Part shown: piece after piece, positions 60,537 through 64,000 of the stretch
Numbering within the stretch: the stretch's first letter is position 1
Layout: each line of letters begins with the position of its first letter
Origin: an uncultured Pseudomonadota bacterium
GTDB taxonomy: Bacteria > Pseudomonadota > Alphaproteobacteria > JACZXZ01
Assembly: GCA_963749075.1 (NCBI GenBank)
Contig: CAVVLJ010000004.1
Span: forward strand, 224,001 to 288,000
Length of the DNA stretch: 64,000 nucleotides
Direction: 5' to 3'
Notes under the pieces: generated by a model
The model's input: only the letters and a program-made list of their open reading frames with translations
What the model was told of the DNA's origin: nothing
The model's database searches: none
Translations under genes and position numbers: made by a program

Positions 60537-61644
60537 TCAGCCGGCAGCGAGGCCGGCGATGGCCTGGCGCAGGACCTGCCGGCTGCGGAACAGCACCATC
60601 TCCTGCCAGTCGGGCACCTCGGGGTAGAAATGGCGGCGGATCTGCGCCTTGATGCGGCGCGTCTCGGGGGCGGCCCAGTCCGCGTTGCTGTGATTGTGCA
60701 GCCAGTGGTCCTCGCGCAGCGCGCGCTGGCCGGAGGTGTGCGAGGGGTAGGTGCCGTACTCGAGGGCGACGTAGCTCACGCTCTCGCCGAGCTTGCGGTG
60801 CCATTCCTCGCCGGCGAGACCTTGCTTGGGCACCGAGGAGGAGGTGCCGAGGGTGGGCTCGGTGAGCGACTGGCCGTACCACGCCCTGGCGCGCGCGTGG
60901 GCGGCGCCGCCCGGCTCGTCGCCCGAGATCGGCTCGCCGTAGCCGAAGGGGCCGAGCCCGGTGTGGTAGTCGACGACGGCCACGAGCGCGCGCTCGGCCA
61001 GGCGGTGCTCGGCAATGATGCGCTCGAGGGTGCGGCGCGCCCAGGTGGGGGCGGTGCCGCCGTAGAAGGTGCCGCCCGGATGGCGGTACTGGCCGCCGCT
61101 CCTCGCGATGTTGAACTGCCGCTCGCCGTGCCGCGCGCGGTAGTCCTCCAGGCGCTTCATCGCCGCGTCGAAGAGGGGGCCGGAGAGCGCTCTCGGCACG
61201 ACGGCCTCGGCCAGCTCGTCATAGCCCGGGTTCTCCGGCAGGGGCTTGGCGAAATCGACGAAATTGCGGTTGAGGTCGCAGCCCTCCTCGGTCACGCGGC
61301 GCAGCCAGGCGAAACCGTGGGGATTGATGGCGTGGACGAAGAGCATCGCCGTGTCGCGGCCGAGGGGTGCGGCGGCCGGCCCGAGCAGCCAGTCGAGCTG
61401 GGCGCCCGAGCCGCAGAAGCCCTCGACCCCGTGGGTCGCCGAGACGGTGACCAGCACCTTGGCCGCGTCCTGTGGGCCGAACCAGGCGGCATCCGTCGCG
61501 AGCTCCTCGCCCTCCGGCCCGGAAAGCGGATTGCGATAGCTCGTGAGGGTGCCGCCGGCAAGCGCCGCCGCGGCGAGGAACTTTCCGCGCGCGCCGCGGT
61601 AATCGGCCGAGAAACGGGTGGCGAGGCTCGTCTCGAGGCTGCAT
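60537..61644 (-). CDS. DUF2817 / M14 metallopeptidase-like protein (+1 frameshift right after the ATG)
   Basis: FSADY..AR..F, SATHGVEG, HAINP.G..W.RR, DLNRNF, D.HTGLG; the ATG at 61644 is one base out of frame. Confidence 0.8.
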
Positions 61645-61899
61645 GGCCGGGGTCATCGGGGCCTCTCGTCATGGCGGGTCGGCCGCCATCCTGCCGCCTC
61701 GCGCGGCAAAAGTGAACGGGCGTTTCCCCGGCGCCGGCGGCCGCGGGCACCGCTCGAAGGAGGGGTGCCGCACCGGGGGCTGGCCGCCATCTGGCGGGGG
61801 TGCCGCAATATCCATAGCGGGAACCTGGGCTCCATCGCTATAAGGTAACAGTCCCGGGTTAGTTAATTTGGGATTTAGCCGCTATGTTGGAGGATGGTC

Positions 61900-62109
61900 A
61901 TGCCAGTCGGCACCGTTAAGTGGTTCAATAGCACGAAGGGTTACGGGTTCATTCAGCCGGACAGCGGCGGTGCGGACGTCTTCGTCCACATCTCCGCCGT
62001 CGAGCGCGCCGGAATGAGCGGCTTAGCTGAGGGCCAGAAGGTCTCCTATGAGGAGCAACGCGACCCCAAGCGCGGCAAGACGTCGGCGGAAAACCTGAAG
62101 GCGGTCTGA
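61900..62109 (+). CDS. cspA: Cold-shock protein
   Basis: [21 protein letters not shown]. Confidence 0.95.
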   Translation: MPVGTVKWFNSTKGYGFIQPDSGGADVFVHISAVERAGMSGLAEGQKVSYEEQRDPKRGKTSAENLKAV

Positions 62110-62126
62110 CCCGCCGGATCCGGCAT

Positions 62127-62164
62127 TGCCGGAAGGGCGCCGGCTCAGCGGTGCCCTTCCGGCA
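62127..62164 (+). terminator. Strong hairpin downstream of cspA (no U tract)
   Basis: TGCCGGAAGGGCGCCG-gctcag-CGGTGCCCTTCCGGCA. Confidence 0.45.
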
Positions 62165-62208
62165 TCGGCTCCCGGCCATGGCGGACCGCTTTCAAGAGGA
62201 GAGCTTCA

Positions 62209-62370
62209 ATGGCCTTCAAGCCCAACTACAACCAGCAGCGCGCGGAGCGCACGCGGGCGCGCGAGCAGAAGAAGCAAGCCAAGCTGCAGCGCCGGCAGGA
62301 AGAGGCCGCCAAGCGCGCGGACGAGCGCCAAGCGCAGCAGAGCTCGAACGACGGCGCCGAGAACAGCTGA
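62209..62370 (+). CDS. Small basic coiled-coil protein (53 aa)
   Basis: GAGGAG RBS; MAFKPNYNQQRAERTRAREQKKQAKLQRR... Confidence 0.7.
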   Translation: MAFKPNYNQQRAERTRAREQKKQAKLQRRQEEAAKRADERQAQQSSNDGAENS

Positions 62371-62395
62371 ACCCGGCGACAATCGGAGAACGCCC

Positions 62396-62623
62396 GTGGC
62401 CCGCAAGAAGCAACAGGTCGGCAGCGCCTTCGTGCTCTTCAACGTCGTCTACGAGGACGGCGCGCGCACCTCGAACCGCAAGGTGCCCGGCACCGAAGTC
62501 GGCGGGCTCGACGGCGACGGCCCGGCGCGCGGCTTCATCGAGGCGCAGGACCGCAAGATCGCCGAGATGTCGGGCACTCTGCGCGGCCCGATCAAGTCGA
62601 TCACCCGCTCGCCCGCATCGTGA
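62396..62623 (+). CDS. Small hypothetical protein
   Basis: GGAG RBS and GTG start; FVLFNVVYEDG..TSNRKVP...IEAQDR.IAE.SG. Confidence 0.7.
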   Translation: MARKKQQVGSAFVLFNVVYEDGARTSNRKVPGTEVGGLDGDGPARGFIEAQDRKIAEMSGTLRGPIKSITRSPAS

Positions 62624-62812
62624 GCGCCAAGGCCGCGAGGCGGCCCTCGCTTTGAGAGAGCTTCCGCCGGGCTGAGCCGCGTCCGGCCTGCAGCGTCCGC
62701 CGTCTCGTCCCGCTTCAGCCATGGCGGTCTCCGCTTGCACCGGCTCGAGCGCCGAAGCGGGCACACGCGAAATATGCACCGCCTCGCGCCCGGCCACGAC
62801 CATGATGCAAGC

Positions 62813-63100
62813 TCAGTCGAGCGCAATTGGAGACCAGCTCACTGCGGCGTTGAACAGGGCGGCGCGGACCTTGGAAACGTCATAGGACGCCCCAAAGAGG
62901 CTGAGGGTCTCCGGCGTCGTTCCCTGGACAACGACGATATCGGCGACTTGCTCGCCGTGTTTCGATAATATGCGCTGGCGCAGCTTGTTAGCGATATCGT
63001 CGATCTCAGCGAGATCGAGAATTTCTCCGACGACGCGCACGATGTGAATAACCTTGCGAGGCCGATCGAGCACCGTCCCATAGATCAGCTGATGTGCCAT
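62813..63100 (-). CDS. Hypothetical protein
   Basis: 95-aa ORF with protein-like composition; slightly lower GC. Confidence 0.55.
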   Translation of the reverse strand: MAHQLIYGTVLDRPRKVIHIVRVVGEILDLAEIDDIANKLRQRILSKHGEQVADIVVVQGTTPETLSLFGASYDVSKVRAALFNAAVSWSPIALD

Positions 63101-63458
63101 GGCAGCTCATGCGTTCCGAAGATTGCGCTCGGCGAATTGATAACGGCGCCGCCGAAGGTGATCTCGATCGCGGTGGAGAGTACGTACGGCGCCTCGCCAA
63201 CTCAATGCATTTTTACTAGCGCGCAAACGAACGAGACTGTCTCGGAGGAGCGAAAGGCGACGCGATTATTATTATCGCGGAAATTGGCAAAAACATTTTG
63301 TCATAGCCAAAGGCTATATATTCGCCTTCTGCCCCTTGCGGGGAACATCCGGCTTCACGTCGAAAGACGACCCGAGGACGCCGCTCCGGCCGGAGGCCGG
63401 CCGGTGGAAAGGCGACGGGCCGTTTCCAAGCGGGTGCCTCGGCCGCTAGAATGCGGCC

Positions 63459-63818
63459 ATGGCCAAGCTCACGCTCCGCGTCGAGTTCGGGCCGGAGCAG
63501 GCACTCGGGCCCGGCAAGATCCGCCTCCTCGAGCTGGTGCGCGACACCGGCTCGATCTCCGCCGCCGGGCGGGCGATGAACATGTCCTACCGCCGCGCCT
63601 GGCTGCTCATCGACAGCATGAACCGCTGCTTTAGCGAGCCGGTGGTGGCGACCCAGCTCGGCGGCCGCGCGGGCGGCGGTGCGGCGCTCACCGCCCTCGG
63701 CGCCGCGGTGGTCGAGCACTACCGCGCCATCGAGCGCGCGGCGGCGCGGGCGGCGGCACGGCACCTGGCTCTCCTCAGCGGCAAGCTCGCCGGCGGCGCG
63801 CGCCGCCGCAGCACCTGA
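63459..63818 (+). CDS. modE: ModE-family (HTH-only) regulator
   Basis: GPGK..LLE.....GSISAA.R.M.MSYRRAW, GG..GGGA.LT. Confidence 0.9.
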   Translation: MAKLTLRVEFGPEQALGPGKIRLLELVRDTGSISAAGRAMNMSYRRAWLLIDSMNRCFSEPVVATQLGGRAGGGAALTALGAAVVEHYRAIERAAARAAARHLALLSGKLAGGARRRST

Positions 63819-63831
63819 GCGGTGCGCGCGC

Positions 63832-64000
63832 CTATTTGAGGACGGTGAAGCCCTGCTTCTCGAAGAGCGGCCGGGCCTTCGCCCCCTCGAGATAGTCGAG
63901 GAAGGCGGCGGCGGCCGGGCTCTTCGAGCTCGCGGTGAGTGCCGCCGGGTAGATGATCGGCGGGTGCGTCTCCTCCGGGAAGACGCCGACGACCGCGACG
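63832..64000 (-). CDS. modA: Molybdate ABC transporter substrate-binding protein (C-terminus only)
   Basis: VGVFPEETHPPIIYPAAL...AAAFLDYL....A..LFEKQGF; next to modE. Confidence 0.85.
   Translation of the reverse strand, partial: VAVVGVFPEETHPPIIYPAALTASSKSPAAAAFLDYLEGAKARPLFEKQGFTVLK

Overview
A very GC-rich (roughly 70% by eye) chromosomal segment of an alphaproteobacterium. Gene content and synteny look Rhodospirillales-like (inference). Most of it is core genome: moxR/DUF58/BatA, cca, hemF, trmL, petABC, mtnP, ychF-pth-rplY-prs, pgeF-midA-lgt-rfaD, ubiK, proC, phasin, csaA, envZ/ompR/marR-ilvE, moaE-moaD-moeA-mobB-pgsA-uvrC, folB, cspA and modE/modA. Accessory inserts: (i) an hmfABCDEF+hmfT-like furoate/furandicarboxylate catabolic cluster; (ii) a lower-GC cassette of a Zn-ribbon DNA methyltransferase plus a PD-(D/E)xK nuclease, bracketed by an inverted repeat and preceded by an alphaproteobacterial LexA box; (iii) a MaoC pair plus a Fic protein lacking the catalytic His; (iv) a split aconitase X; (v) a frameshifted cupredoxin-like secreted protein. 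Non-coding highlights: a DARS-like triple DnaA-box element with Fis/NtrC-like and IHF-like sites upstream of uvrC, a dispersed G-rich REP-like family (about 5 copies), and a second palindromic repeat inserted in frame inside uvrC. Several single-base frameshifts, including one in cytochrome c1, suggest assembly indel errors. All calls come from motif recognition and recall; no database searches were run.
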